A stretch of DNA of 64,000 nucleotides, taken from NCBI GenBank assembly GCA_951406725.2, contig OX597818.1, positions 138,942,001 to 139,006,000 of the forward strand, read 5' to 3'. The notes beneath the pieces are model-generated. The model did no database searches and had not been told where the DNA came from. It worked only from the letters and a program-made list of their open reading frames with translations. The position numbers and the translations under genes are program-made. Source of the DNA: Octopus vulgaris. Lineage: Eukaryota. This document shows, piece by piece, positions 36,269 to 50,169 of the stretch. Every line of letters begins with the position of its first letter. The first letter of the stretch is position 1.

Positions 36269-37677
36269 ATGTTCTGAGTTCATACTCCGCTGAGGTCAGC
36301 TTTGCCTTTCATCCTTTTGGGGTTCATAAAATAAGTACCAGTTGAACGCTGGGGTCAATGTAATTGACTTAACATTTCCCCTGAAATTACTGGCCTTGTG
36401 CCAAAATTTGAAATCAATTTATTTGCTGTTATAATATCAAAAGTATATTCCTCTTGTCTTAAAGGCATAATGTTCTGAGTTCATATTCCGCTGAGATCAA
36501 CTTTGCCTTTCATCCTTTTGGGGTTCATAAAATAAGTACCAGTTGAACACTGGGGTCGATGTAATTGACTTAACATTTTCCCTGAAATTACTGGCCTTGT
36601 GCCAAAATTTGAAATCAATTTATTTGCTGTTATAATATCAAAAGTATATTCCTCTTGTCTTAAAGGCATAATGTTCTGAGTTCATATTCCGCTGAGATCA
36701 ACTTTGCCTTTCATCCTTTTGGGGTTCATAAAATAAGTACCAGTTGAACAATGGGGTCGATGTAATTGACTTAACATTTCCCCTGAAATTACTGGCCTTG
36801 TACCAAATTTGAAATCAATTTATTTGCTGTTATAATATCAAAAGTATATTCCTCTTGTCTTAAAGGCATAATGTTCTGAGTTCATATTCCGCTGAGATCA
36901 ACTTTGCCTTTCATCCTTTTGGGGTTCATAAAATAAGTACCAGTTGAACACTGGGGTCGATGTAATTTACTTAACATTTCCCCTGAAATTACTGGCCTTG
37001 TACCAAAATTTGAAATCAATTTATTTGCTGTTATAATATCAAAAGTATATTCCTCTTGTCTTAAAGGCATAATGTTCTGAGTTCATATTCCGCTGAGATC
37101 AACTTTGCCTTTCATCCTTTTGGGGTTCATAAAATAAGTACCAGTTGAACACTGGGGTCGATGTAATTTACTTAACATTTCCCCTGAAATTACTGGCCTT
37201 GTACCAAAATTTGAAATCAATTTATTTGCTGTTATAATATCAAAAGTATATTCCTCTTGTCTTAAAGGCATAATGTTCTGAGTTCATATTCCGCTGAGAT
37301 CAACTTTGCCTTTCATCCTTTTGGGGTTCATAAAATAAGTACCAGTTGAACACTGGGGTCGATGTAATTGACTTAACATTTCCTCTGAAATTACTGGCCT
37401 TGTACCAAATTTGAAATCAATTTATTTGCTGTTATAATATCAAAAGTATATTCCTCTTGTCTTAAAGACATAATGTTCTGAGTTCATATTCCGCTGAGAT
37501 CAACTTTGCCTTTCATCCTTTTGGGGTTCATAAAATAAGTACCAGTTGAACACTGGGGTCGATGTAATTGACTTAACATTTCCCCTGAAATTACTGGCCT
37601 TGTGCCAAAATTTGAAATCAATTTATTTGCTGTTATAATATCAAAAGTGTATTCCTCTTGTCTTAAGGGCATAATGT
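36269..37677 (+). repeat. Tandem array, 7 x 200-201 bp, derived from a family D SINE plus its 3' flank
   Basis: Units start at 36269, 36470, 36671, 36871, 37072, 37273 and 37473; near-identical, no spacers. Confidence 0.97.
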
Positions 37678-39112
37678 ATCAATACATATCCTGGACACAT
37701 ATGTTGCCTTTCCAAGAACTCTGAAGTGATGATATTCTACTGGCCCCTCTTGGATTGTTTTGTTTTGTATTTGGTATTTGGTATTTCTGTTTTACAAATT
37801 ATATTTTTGGAATGTCAATTGAGAGAGATTTGGTAACTATTTCTAGCAGTTTGAGTGATTATATAAAGGTCCTATAGTTGGTTCATTTTCAAAAGTTTGA
37901 CCCAGTAAGTGGTGTAGAATGTTTTTAGTTCAGGAAGATAGCTTCTCTAGTGCTGGTGCCATGATAAACATCTTTGGGGGTTATCCTTTCAGTCATATGT
38001 GGATGAAACTTCAATATATTCCTAGCATGGTCTATGTATTAATGTATCTTCTGTGTGTTTAAGCATAAAGAGATGGTTTTTGTATATGTGTGTGCAAGAG
38101 TGTGTATGTGTGTGAGTTATTACTATGTGTGTATGTGTTTACAATATTCTAGACATATGAAATGAAACCTATACATCTTATATGTCACTAACGAGAACAG
38201 ATATATCCTATAACATGCTACGTAAAGTTATGTACACATTTATATACTCAAGTGTATACATGCACACATAGCCACTCACGTGTTAAGTGCACAAGAGCTA
38301 AACATAATATATGTACGTACACTCATTCACATTTACTTGTCTTACCCCTTCCTGATATGCATACATGCATACGTGCACCTCAGCTGCTTCCTAGATATAC
38401 TAACATAAATGTACAAAATCAAAAATATGTATGCATATTTGTTGCAACATCATGTAAATGTTCTTTGCTAAGTGTCTGATATGAAAAGATCCAAATGTAA
38501 GTGTGTGTGTATATGTGTATGTATGTGTGTGTGTATTATATTTATAAATTGTCAGTAGTTCATATATCCAAAAAAAGAAGCACTCTCTGAAGCATATATA
38601 TATATGTGTGCCTGTGTGTGTGCATATATATATGTCTATATATACATGTCTATGTGTGTATATGTATGTGTTTGTACACACATACACACAAGGGAGCTTG
38701 GAGTGAAAGAAATAGTGATTTCTTTTAACACCAAGTAATATAATGGCAATCATTGTATACTTTTGTAGTTTTCCTTTTTAGACAGTACCATCAATTAGTG
38801 TCAGAGAAGCAAACTGGTAAAAAATGCTTTAAGCACATCAAAGTGGGACTAGTTCTAGTGACTATATCAAACAGGTCAGGCAGTGAAATTTTTCAAAGGA
38901 ATCCTGCAACTCTACTGGTTAAATTGATACTACTTGCAGATCTACTATTTTTATTGGTACTCCCCATATCACTACTCCCTGCACCTCGGCCTTTTAAATC
39001 AATAATTGCTGCAATTCTGCTGTTGGAGTTTACACTTTCTCCAACTTGTTCCTACAGACACTCACCATAACTCCTGCTATCACTCCAGTCTTATCCACCC
39101 TATATTTTTACT

Positions 39113-39492
39113 GTGGAGGCGCAATGGCCCAGTGGTTAGGGCAGCGGACTCGCGGTCGTAGGATCGCGGTTTCGATTCCCAGACTGGGCGTTGTGTTTAT
39201 TGAGCGAAAACACCTAAAGCTCCATGAGGCTCCGGCAGGGGATGGTGGTGATCCCTGCTGTACTCTTTCACCACAACTTTCTCTCACTCTTACTTCCTGT
39301 TTCTGTTGTACCTATATTTCAAAGGGCCGGCCTTGTCACTCTCTGTGTCACACTGAATATCCCCGAGAACTACGTTAAGGGTGCACGTGTCTGTGGAGTG
39401 CTCAGCCACTTACACGTTAATTTCACGAGCAGGCTGTTCTGTTGATCGGATCAACTGGAACCCTCATCGTTGTAACCGACGGAGTGCTTCCA
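39113..39492 (+). mobile_element. SINE family B, full length
   Basis: tRNA-like head; atatttttact duplicated on both sides. Confidence 0.92.
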
Positions 39493-39707
39493 TATTTTTA
39501 CTCTTGCCCCTTTCCCAACCAAGATCATTTCTGCAATCACCTTTTCTTCTACCCACTTTTTTCCAAACACGTTGTCCTGAATGCACAGTGACATTATAGA
39601 GTAGTAAGGATCCCTTCTGTCTTGGAAGGTAACAAGTAACCTTACTATACTGATGCCTCAATAAAATGTTCCAATTTGCATTCTATAAACTTTATTGTAA
39701 GCTAAGC

Positions 39708-39992
39708 CAGTGCCGCCTCGACTGGCTTCCGTGCAAGTGGCACGTAAAATGCACCAATCCGACCGTGGCCGATGCCAGCCTCGCCTGGCACCAGTGCAGG
39801 TGGCACGTAAAAAGCACCCACTACACTCACGGAGTGATTGGCGTTAGGAAGGGCATCCAGCTGTAGAAACATTGCCAGATAAGACCGGAGCCTGGTGCAG
39901 CCTTCTGGCTTCCCAGATCCTCGGTCGAACCGTCCAACCCATGCTAGCATGGAGAACGGACGTTAAACGATGATGATGATGATGATGATGAT
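39708..39992 (+). mobile_element. Family C retroposon
   Basis: Shared 3' body and (GAT)n tail. Confidence 0.85.
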
Positions 39993-40545
39993 ATTATTAT
40001 TGTAGAATCTCCGGTTAGAATAAAAACATCTGGGCTTCAAAGTGTTTATTTGTTTTCCAAGTTTAGTCTTTTGTGATAATTCCAAGTGATTACTTTTTCA
40101 ATTTTGTTTTGAATTTATATGACACAATCTCTTATGATTGACACATCTGCTTGTGGCATTTATCCTTTGTTGATCCAATAACAATTGGCACTATGTCTAA
40201 GTATAACGATGTGGTTAAGAAGTTTGTTCAGCAATCATAATGCTCTGAGTTTGTCCCTACTGCATAGCACCTTGGGCAGTTATCTCCTATCATTGTCCTA
40301 GGTTGACCTATGCCTTGTTAGGTGAAATTTACTAGATAGAAACTATGTGAAAGCCTGTCAGATGTACTGTGCATATTCTTGGATCGCAGACTTAATTCAT
40401 CATCCAGTTTAGCACCACCATCTGGGTCTGGGGTGGTTTTTGTAGAGTCCCTTTTGAGAGATCAATCTTCAAACTTCATAAAAATACACTAAGTATTACA
40501 TATATACAATTACTAGCTCTACTGCTACTACTTATTTAAATATGA

Positions 40546-40930
40546 GTGGAGGCGCAATGGCCCAGTGGTTAGGGCAGCGGACTCGCGGTCATAGGATCGC
40601 GGTTTCGATTCCCAGACCGGGCGTTGTGAGTGTTTATTGAGTGAAAACACCTAAAGCTCCACGAGGCTCCGGCAGGGGATGGTTGTGATCCCTGCTGTAC
40701 TCTTTCACCACAACTTTCTCTCACTCTTACTTCCTGTTTCTGTTGTACCTGTATTTCAAAGGGCCGTCCTTGTCACTCTCTGTGTCACGCTGAATATCCC
40801 CGAGAACTACGTTAAGGGTACACGTGTCTGTGGAGTGCTCAGCCACTTACACGTTAATTTCACGAGCAGGCTGTTCCGTTGATTCGGATCAACCGGAACC
40901 CTCGTCGTCGTAACCGACTGAGTGCTTCCA
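40546..40930 (+). mobile_element. SINE family B, full length
   Basis: Flanked by atttaaatatgag / atttgaatatgag. Confidence 0.92.
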
Positions 40931-43124
40931 TTTGAATATGAGCAAAAATCAGCATTCAGAAAGATTTGGAAATGTGTTCTATAAAGATATTCTTCATTCG
41001 TTATAAAGAAATATCATTGTTGTAGCATAACTTTTGTTTGAAATGAGTTTATGGATTAATAAACTATGGGTCTCTTTCTTGTATATGGAAACAACGCTTC
41101 AGTTCTGGCCGAAGTGTGTTAATAGTTGCAACAAAGCGTCTGCTACCTAATTTAAATATTTCATGTGTGAAAAATCAGCGATAGAATGTGTTGTTTATGT
41201 TATTGTGCAATCAACCTGTTTCTGTTGTATTTCATGGCTCCGTATATTTGTAGACTTCTGAGATTTATATGTTTTCAATAGAAGACAGCAGTGTTGCACT
41301 GATCAAATAAATTGATTGGTGCTTGAGTTGTTATCAGCTTACAGATACACTTGTTCCAACATAGAACAGTAGCTCAATAGTAAATTCTTGAATTATATTT
41401 TAACAAATGCTTTTATTTACAATTTTTATCTTGTAATTCTGTCCTGCTAGTCTTTGTTCTTTAATCCTGTGAGAATCGACTTTGGGATATTAGGTTGTTA
41501 GAGGTTTAGAATCAACTCCCAGTTTCCTTCTTCATATCAAAGTGTTGGATCAGTTACATTGTCTAGATCAGCTGGACCAGAATTCTTTCATTGCATAGGC
41601 GCAGGAGTGGCTGTGTGGTAAGTAGCTTGTTTACCAACCACATGCTTCCGGGTTCAGTCCCACTACGTGGCTATAGTTTCTATCTACAAGATTCCTCTCA
41701 CAAGGTATTGAACAACTTGAAACTATGGTAGAACACACTTATGCAAGGAACCTTGTTGTGGGATTGATCTTGGATCCTCATAACCACGCCTCTGTCCTTG
41801 CACAGACTCTAGAAATGTCTTTTAGCTAAACCTATGAACTGGTTGTAGTTAACTGTCCACTTTAATTTGAATAGACAATCATAATTTTAATGCTAGAAAT
41901 ATTTTCGGTAAATATAGCACAGATTATTTTGGCAAAAAACTATGTATTTTTACATTTGAATCTATTAATTACTCTCCTAAATCATTGTAATCAATACATT
42001 TTGTAGTTTACTTCACAGTTTAGCTTGTTCTCTGAAAATCATTATTGTAAAACAGCGTGAGGTATTTTCAGTATTTTTCTTCATCCTGATTGCCTGCCAA
42101 AAATTCATTTATTAGAATGAAAGTCAAAATGTTAAAATTATTGATAACAGATTATTAGTCTAGAAAAACAGTGCAGTCTTATAACCCTGGAAAAAGTCTT
42201 TATATTTCACATTGAATCTTAATTAAATTCCATTTTTACTGTAATCATGAATGACAGATTCTGTTTTATTTATCATGCAAAGAAGTGGTACAGATTTGAA
42301 GTCTAAGAACTTCATATTCTAAAGTTTGAGTTATAACCTGTGAAACATTAAAATTCAAGGCTTAGTGTTTCAAGTTTTGTACAAGTTATAGTAAATTCTA
42401 TGACTTCAATAAAAGAGAAAATAAATGTATAGATATATAAATAAATAAGACCATACTTACAAGAGGATAAAGGGATACTTTATATAAATTAGTGTTGGTG
42501 CTGTAACATTGCATTAATCTGTTTTGAAACATGTTCACTTGTGGCAAAGTTGGATACATGGAAAGTTTTTTTTTTTTTATTGTTGTTGTTGAAGAGATCA
42601 GTGGACTGAACGAACATATTGTTATAAAAAAACGTGTCAGAGAAAGTTAATCTGATTCACTGGATGAATAAAAAAAACTTATTACATGAAAAATTCATTA
42701 CCAAATTTCAGGCTTATTGTGATATTTTCTGGAGGTTATAAATAAATATAAACACATACAAATTCAACTCTTGTTTTTTTGTGTATCGTATATATTTTTT
42801 TTTATTTTGACTGCTTTTCATGCTGGCATGGGTTGGATATATATATATTATTTTTTTTTTCATCTCAATATTAAATCCTGCTTGATTTGACCATAAGCAT
42901 TGTCTGGGATGATTGTATATATACATGTATATATATATAAGAAAAATGAAAAAGTATAACAATATTGAAAAAAGTAATTTTAACATTAGGTTTCATCTGG
43001 AAACTACATTCTACATTTCTTTTTTCCATTTCGGTAATATGTTCTTCACTAGTATGTGTATATGTATATTTTCTCATGTTTTAATTTTCTCTGTTTTTTT
43101 TTCTTCTTTTTCTACACCCTACAG

Positions 43125-43223
43125 ATCAATGGTGTTGAACTTCATGGTCGAAACCAAGCAATTAAACTTTTTACAGAGTCCACATTGGATATCTGTCTTC
43201 TTGTTGCTCGCCATCAAATCCAG
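43125..43223 (+). CDS. PDZRN3/4: PDZRN3/4-like exon (end of PDZ domain)
   Basis: Long pyrimidine tract + ctacag|ATC, donor CAG|gtaaaa; 99 nt, phase 0-0. Translates INGVELHGRNQAIKLFTESTLDICLLVARHQIQ, completing the PDZ fold in frame with the previous exon. Confidence 0.93.
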
Positions 43224-44056
43224 GTAAAAATAACCAGCAATATTTCACTCTACCTCCACTTTCAATATCAATTTTTGTTTCCTCAGTTTCACTCATTTCT
43301 TACATAACTGTTCCAGGAGCCTTTGTTGTTGTTGCTGATGATGGTGATGATGATGGTGTTCTTGTTATCATTATCATTTATATATTTATATAATTATTTT
43401 TTTCCAACTGTCTTTTCTTCTGTTGTTGCCCCTCGGGGTTGGGTGATATACTCCTTCTCTCTGTCTTTCATTCAATTCATGTCACTCAGTTTTGTCTTAG
43501 CTTTCTTCTTGTTGTTCCTTCAGTTTTTTCCCCCCTTTTATTCACTTCATTGCATTGCAAAAGATCTTCTCTAGCCTCTGGCTACCAATCTAATAAAACA
43601 GTATATAGGTACAAGTTCCGCTGCCTGGCTTAATCTAAGAATTTTTTTCATAGCTCTACATAGTTTTTTTTTGTCTTTTGGTAACCTTTCATTTTTATTC
43701 TTTGTGTGTGTGTGTAATTTATGTAAAATCAATGAAGAGTACATACATACATATATACATATGTGTGTTGATAGTAACAAGGCATAGTATGTGTCAAAGG
43801 AATGCTTTTTGTAAATATAAGTGGATGTGTGTCTCTATAAGACACAGATATTGATTAATTTTATAAGAAATGGAAAAAATATGTAAGAATGCAAAAAGAC
43901 TAGTAATTCCTAAATTTGCACTTAGTCAATTTATCAGTTCCTAAGAAATAACTAATTTTGGACAGTTTATCATTAGTCTCAAGAGGAAAGGCCTTTATTA
44001 TTATTAAAATCAATTATTAAATACGAGTCAGAAACAAATCATTATTCTTATTATCA

Positions 44057-44057
44057 T

Positions 44058-44133
<76 letters not shown>

Positions 44134-44157
44134 ACTATTATTGTTGTTATTATTATT
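44057..44157. repeat. Compound (TAC)n(TGC)n(TAT)n microsatellite
   Basis: Read directly. Confidence 0.95.
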
Positions 44158-44570
44158 AAGGCAGTGAGCTGGCAGAATCATTAGAACAGCGAGCGAAATG
44201 CTACACTCTGAGTTCAAATTCCACCAAGGTCGACTTTGCTTTTCATCCTTTTGGGGTCGACAAAATAAGTACCAGTTGATTACTGGGGTTGATGTAATCG
44301 ACTATCCCCCTCCCCCAAATTTCACGCCTTTTTCCCATAGTAGTAAGGATTATTATTATTATCATTATCATGGTGGTGAGCTTGCAGAATTGTTAGCATG
44401 CCAGGTAAAATGCTTAGCAGCATTTCATCCATCTATATGTCCTGAATTCAAATTCTACTGGGGTCGATGTTGTCTTTTATCCTTTCAGGGGTCAATGTAA
44501 CTGACTAACCCCTCTCCTGAAATTCCTGGCCTTGTGTCAGAATTTGAAACCATTATTATTATCATTATTA

Positions 44571-45045
44571 TTGACTGAGGGAGCAGTGCATGCCATCAAA
44601 GGGACACTGGGGTACAAATATACAAAGCTCAATATACCCATGATGACTGCCCGTCTGATAAGGGTAGACCAGGCTCATACATCACAACTATATGTGCATG
44701 ACATGGTGATCTCATATCAAGATAAACAGCACATGATCTTGCAGATGGGGTCCAGTTAGAATTTTCTTCAGGTTTAGTAGCCCCTGCCACTCAAATGGTC
44801 CCTGAATAAGGTTTGTTTCAGAATGATGAATGAAACATTCATGTTTCCAGAGGTGAATTATTCAGATCCCATAGAATCCTCTCAACACATGGCTATGAAG
44901 CTCCCCCACTACCCCTACTCATGATCAGAGATGCACATATCATCAGCTACTAAGAGACATACTCAACTGGTTGAGGTCAAGCAAATCTGTGGTATCGAGC
45001 AGATATTTGCTGTAGCCCATCTTTTATACCAAGACAAAACATGTA

Positions 45046-45076
<31 letters not shown>

Positions 45077-45240
45077 GACTGAGGGAGCAGTGCATGCCAT
45101 CAAAGGGACACTAGGGTACAAATATACAAAGCTCAATATACCCATGATGACTGCCCGTCTGATAAGGGTAGACCAGGCCCATGCATCACGACCATATGTA
45201 TGCGACATGCTGATCTTATATCAAGATAAACAGCACATGA
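44571..45240. mobile_element. (TTA)n-flanked interspersed element, one ~480-bp copy plus a tandem partial copy
   Basis: ttgactgagggagcagtgcatgccatc...cagcacatga at ~44571-44737 is repeated at ~45074-45240; TTA tracts at both junctions. Confidence 0.6.
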
Positions 45241-46209
45241 ACCATGTGATTGAGAAGCAAGCTTCTAACCTCACCGTCATACCTGCACCTAGTAAGGATA
45301 CTATTTGGGTGAAGAATTTAATTAAAGTATGATCACCTTGATATGGATATTGAACAACACTTCATTCAATACGACCTGTTTTGGAAGTGTTTCCTTTATG
45401 GGATCGTGTCAGTTTTGATTAAAAAGTGTTACGCTTGTTTCTTTCATATATCCTAATCTATGTACAGTTTATTTTTTTTCAGTTGTAGCATAGTAAAAAA
45501 ATATTTTTAAAATATCATTTCTGAACTAATGAGCGAGAAGGACTTAAAAGTTGGGTCATGTCATATTGGCTTGGCTTACATCATGTTTGCTTGGGTGATA
45601 TAATTGAAATAAACTTGGGAAGCCAAAGGCATTCAATACTCCCCCTCTCCCCACCTCTCTCTCTCTCCCTTCACAAATCAACCAATGGATGATGATCTTT
45701 GTGTTGTCTTTTGCATATGTGTAGTGTGGGATAAAATAAAATAAAAATTTGAATAAATGTGGTTGGATATTTTTTTTATCACCACAAGAAATAAAGTAAT
45801 TTTCTCTGGCAAACATAGGCTTATTTACTAAAAGAAAAAAATAACCCAAAAAATAATGAAAAAAAAATTTTGGTGTAAAATAAACAATAAATAGTATATT
45901 AATATAGAAAGTAAAAAAAAAATAAAACTAAAATTAATATTGTGAAATAAAATAAAATAAAATAAAATAAAAAGAAAGTAAGCACTGTGTGAAATTGAGA
46001 ATTTAAAAAGTAATTTCAAAAATAAATTTAGAGTGATGCTTTTTTTTGAAATTCAGTTTTGTTGTTTATTTTTTATTTGGTGGTATTTTGTTTTCTCTCT
46101 TTCTCTTTCCTTTTTTTTTTTTTTTGGTCTTTCTTTTGAAAATTTCCAATTTTAAAACTAGAGGCAATTTCCAACTTAAATTAAAAGAAAATTATATAGA
46201 ATGTGTGTT

Positions 46210-46261
<52 letters not shown>

Positions 46262-46595
46262 GTGTGTGTGTGTCTATATATATACATACATATATATACA
46301 TATACATATATAGACATATATATATACATATATAGACATATATATATATACATATATAGACATATATATATATATATACATATACACATATATAGAAATA
46401 TATATATATATACATATACATATATATATATATATACATATATATTTACAGATATATAAATATATACATATTTACAGATATATAAATATATACATATTTA
46501 CATATATGAAAATATATATATATATATATTTACACACACCCACACATACATATATATATATAAAATGAATGTGTGCATGCACATTCGTTGATATA

Positions 46596-46647
<52 letters not shown>

Positions 46648-47051
46648 TATGTATGTGTGTGTGTTAGGAGAAGAGGGTATGCAAAGTGTTTAGGACACAG
46701 AAATAGCATAGTACTAACTCAATAACTCCCGATATTTGACGCGTTTACAAAATTGTTTGCGGAAATATTTAAAACACATAGAAATTATAAAACAAACAAA
46801 CCAGCAATAAGTTAAAACCATGGAATCTGTTTGCTAAATTCTATGTTTACAGAAATTTCTTCCATATTTCAAGATGGAAATAGATCTTAATTTCCTTTAT
46901 TATCTCAGATAATATTCTTTCAAAATAGGCTGAATTCCTTGCTTAATAGTGTGTATGTGTGTGTGTGCACGCGTGCTTATGTGCGCGTGCATAAAGGTAC
47001 ATACATATATACATATGTGCTTGCATTTTTTTTCTATCCAAGTGTGTGTGC

Positions 47052-47104
<53 letters not shown>

Positions 47105-47119
47105 CACAGACACACACAT

Positions 47120-47171
<52 letters not shown>

Positions 47172-47424
47172 TAGACTTCATTTCATGGTGTTTCTTTTTC
47201 TATGCTATCATGGATTGGACAAGTCTTAAAGCGTCTCAATGTTCTCTTCTTAGTCTTTCTTTGTTTGACACAAACAACAACTGAGGGAAAAAATAAGAAC
47301 TGCAATCTTTTTGACCTCACATTGTTTTGACAAGTGGTAGTCCTTCTTGTCACTAACCATTTTGCAATGTAGACCAGGTGTGTATTAATGTGCCACTGAC
47401 ACTAGGGAGGTTATCTGTAGTATT

Positions 47425-47813
47425 GTGGAGGCACAATGGCCCAGTGGTTAGGGCAGCGGACTCGCGGTCATAGGATCGTGGTTTCGATTCCCAGACCAGG
47501 CGTTGTGAGTGTTTATTGAGTGAAAACACCTAAAAAGCTCCATGAGGCACCAGCAGGGGATGGTGGTGATCCCTGCTGTACTCTTTCACCACAACTTTCT
47601 CTCACTCTTACTTCCTGTTTCTGTTGTACCTGTATTTCAAAGGGCCGGCCTTGTCACTCTCTGTGTCACGCTGAATATCCCCGAGAACTAGGTTAAGGGT
47701 GCACGTGTCCGTGGAGTGCTCAGCCACTTACACGTTAATTTCACGAGCAGGCTGTTCCATTGATCGGATCAACCGGAACCCTCATCGTCGTAACCGACGG
47801 AGTGCTTCCATCC
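47425..47813 (+). mobile_element. SINE family B, full length
   Basis: atctgtagtatt duplicated on both sides. Confidence 0.92.
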
Positions 47814-47879
47814 ATCTGTAGTATTACTAAAGAGTTTCTCTATTCTAATGAGTTCCTTTTTTTTTTTTTAATATATTTA

Positions 47880-48045
47880 AAAAGCACGTAAAAAGCACCC
47901 ACTACACTCACGGAGTGGTTGGCGTTAGGAAGGGCATCCAGCCGTAGAAACACTGCCAGATCAGTCTGGGCCTGATGCAGCCTTCTGGCTTCACAGACCC
48001 CAGTTGAACCGTCCAACCCATGCTAGCATGGAAAGCGGACACTAA

Positions 48046-48076
<31 letters not shown>
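47880..48076 (+). mobile_element. Family C retroposon 3' end
   Basis: Shared 3' body and (GAT)n tail. Confidence 0.85.
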
Positions 48077-48080
<4 letters not shown>

Positions 48081-48305
48081 ATGTGTAACCTGTTGTAGTG
48101 GCTTTGGATATATTAGGTTAGTCCATATAAGGTTTACCAAAATAAACCCACTCCAATGAGTAAACTGCCAAATAGTGCCTCATCTTGCTCAAAATAATGA
48201 TCAAATTTCCTTCAAATCATTCCTATCTTGGTAAAAAAGGAGAAGACATGTTAGAAAATTTACTTCAGTGGTCATAGAATGGTTTTGATTGATTAATATA
48301 GAATA

Positions 48306-48702
48306 CTAGCAGTATCACCTGGCGTTGCTCGGGTTTGTAAGGGAAATAACTATATAAGCATTTTTAGAGAGTTATAGCCAAAAAATAGCAAAAAAATGCT
48401 TTAAAAATGGGAAAAAAATGATGGTAAATTTTTTTTAAATCGTTGACTCATCGTAGACATTTTTAGAGAGTTACTTCCCTTATATAATAGCAAAAAAAAT
48501 GCATTAAAATGGAAAAAAATGATGGTAAATTTTTTTAAAATCGTAGACTCATCATAGACGCGCGCTATTACCCAGAAGGGCTCGATATGAATCACGACTA
48601 TAAGATACCCGGTTTTGGTTAAACTGCACCGCAAAATGTGGGAGTAGTTAGGAATCTAAATCATAGGAGACAGACACACAACTTTAGTTTTATATATAAA
48701 GA
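48306..48702 (-). mobile_element. Non-autonomous Helitron
   Basis: Minus strand starts TCTTTATATATAAAA and ends ACCCGAGCAACGCCAGGT (hairpin)-GATACTG-CTAG; sits between A and T with no TSD; internal ~100-bp duplication. Confidence 0.85.
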
Positions 48703-49002
48703 TTAGCACTATAGCATTTAAATTACTGTCAAATTTAATTTGTTTTGGATTAATTATGCATTATGTCATAGCTTCAGGATTTCGATCATGTAATTGTTTA
48801 CTCTTGGAAAAACATTGTAGGAGAGGTATGAGAGGCTGGATATGGTTAGTTTCAAAGTAAAACTGGTGGGAAATTTGGGTTGGATATGGCCAGTTTAAAT
48901 GCTAAATAGTTAAAAGTAGATCCTAAAGCTAAACAAGAGCAGCAACTAAAGTAGACATCCAACTCATAGCTAATCAAAAGTGCTGCATAATATGGATGAG
49001 TA

Positions 49003-49237
49003 CCTATTTTTTTACTACCCACAAGGGGCTAAATACAGAGAGGACAAACAAGGACAGACAAAGGGATTAAGTCAATTATATCGACCCCAGTGCTTAACTG
49101 GTACTTAATTTATCGACCCCGAAGGGATGAAAGGCAAAGTCGACCTCAGAGGAATTTGAACTCCGAACGTACTGGCAGACGAAATACCGCTAAGCATTTC
49201 GCCCGGCGTGCTAATGTTTCTGCCAACTCGCCGCCTT
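49003..49237 (-). mobile_element. SINE family D
   Basis: Homologous to 19821-20053; tatggatg on both flanks. Confidence 0.88.
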
Positions 49238-49692
49238 TATGGATGTATGCCACTACCACATATGTCCCTTGTAGTTCTGAACAAACTCTGTTAATCTCCA
49301 TAACACTGTTACTTCTGAATTTTTATACATTCTTCTGCTACTTAACTTTTATTTTTCCTTTACCTACTTTTTTTTTTTTTCCTTAATCCAATTCAATGAC
49401 TTTGCTAACCTTGCCAATTACCAACATGCAAAGACTTAACATTCTTGTTCTTAGACTGTTAGCAATAAAGAGTTGAAATCTATATCTATCTCTTCATATG
49501 GCATAAAAAGCTTGTAAAGTATCCTTAATATCACAGCTTGGATTTTCAATGATTTCAGTCTTGGATATTAAAAAATTTTCATATTCTGGAAGTTACATTC
49601 TGTGAGAGAATATTATTTTGCAGCCTTCATTGTTTATGGCATGTGATATGTAAGAGAACAGAGTGTGATGTGTCAGTGTGTGTATGGACACA

Positions 49693-49729
<37 letters not shown>

Positions 49730-49829
49730 ACACACACACACACTCACACACACATGTGCACACATATGAATTGATATACTAGAAGTTTAGTTTTATTCTG
49801 TCTATTGATTACTTCAGAAATGCATTGTT

Positions 49830-49863
<34 letters not shown>

Positions 49864-50169
49864 TCTAAAACCACTTTAATATCATTACAAGCCTAGCATG
49901 TTGGTGTTAGATTTTGTTTAATTAAAAGAGATTTTAGATTTCGTTTGCTAAGATATTTGGTATACTTGAGAAAATATATCCAAGCATATTATTCTCCCCT
50001 ATTTTGGAGAAGTCCTACCCACCCATGCGAACATGGTGAAACATATGTTAAAATTGTGGTAGTGATGGATGATGGGATGATAATACATGTTTTAGTCTCT
50101 CATCCATAATGTTGCTTGTTAAGTCTCCATTTTGCTGTTCTTCATCTGTTTGATACTATGCCCCTCTTG

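Noticed and set aside
36269-37677. CRISPR-like array or repeated 62-aa gene (MPLRQEEY...)
   Set aside because: Units are contiguous near-identical copies with no unique spacers and no cas genes. The ORF is antisense SINE sequence broken in the 200-bp units. No CUGANGA/GAAA core was found, so it is not a retrozyme either.
39113-39190. tRNA gene
   Set aside because: Box A/B are present, but it is the head of a multi-copy SINE with TSDs; I could not fold a full cloverleaf.
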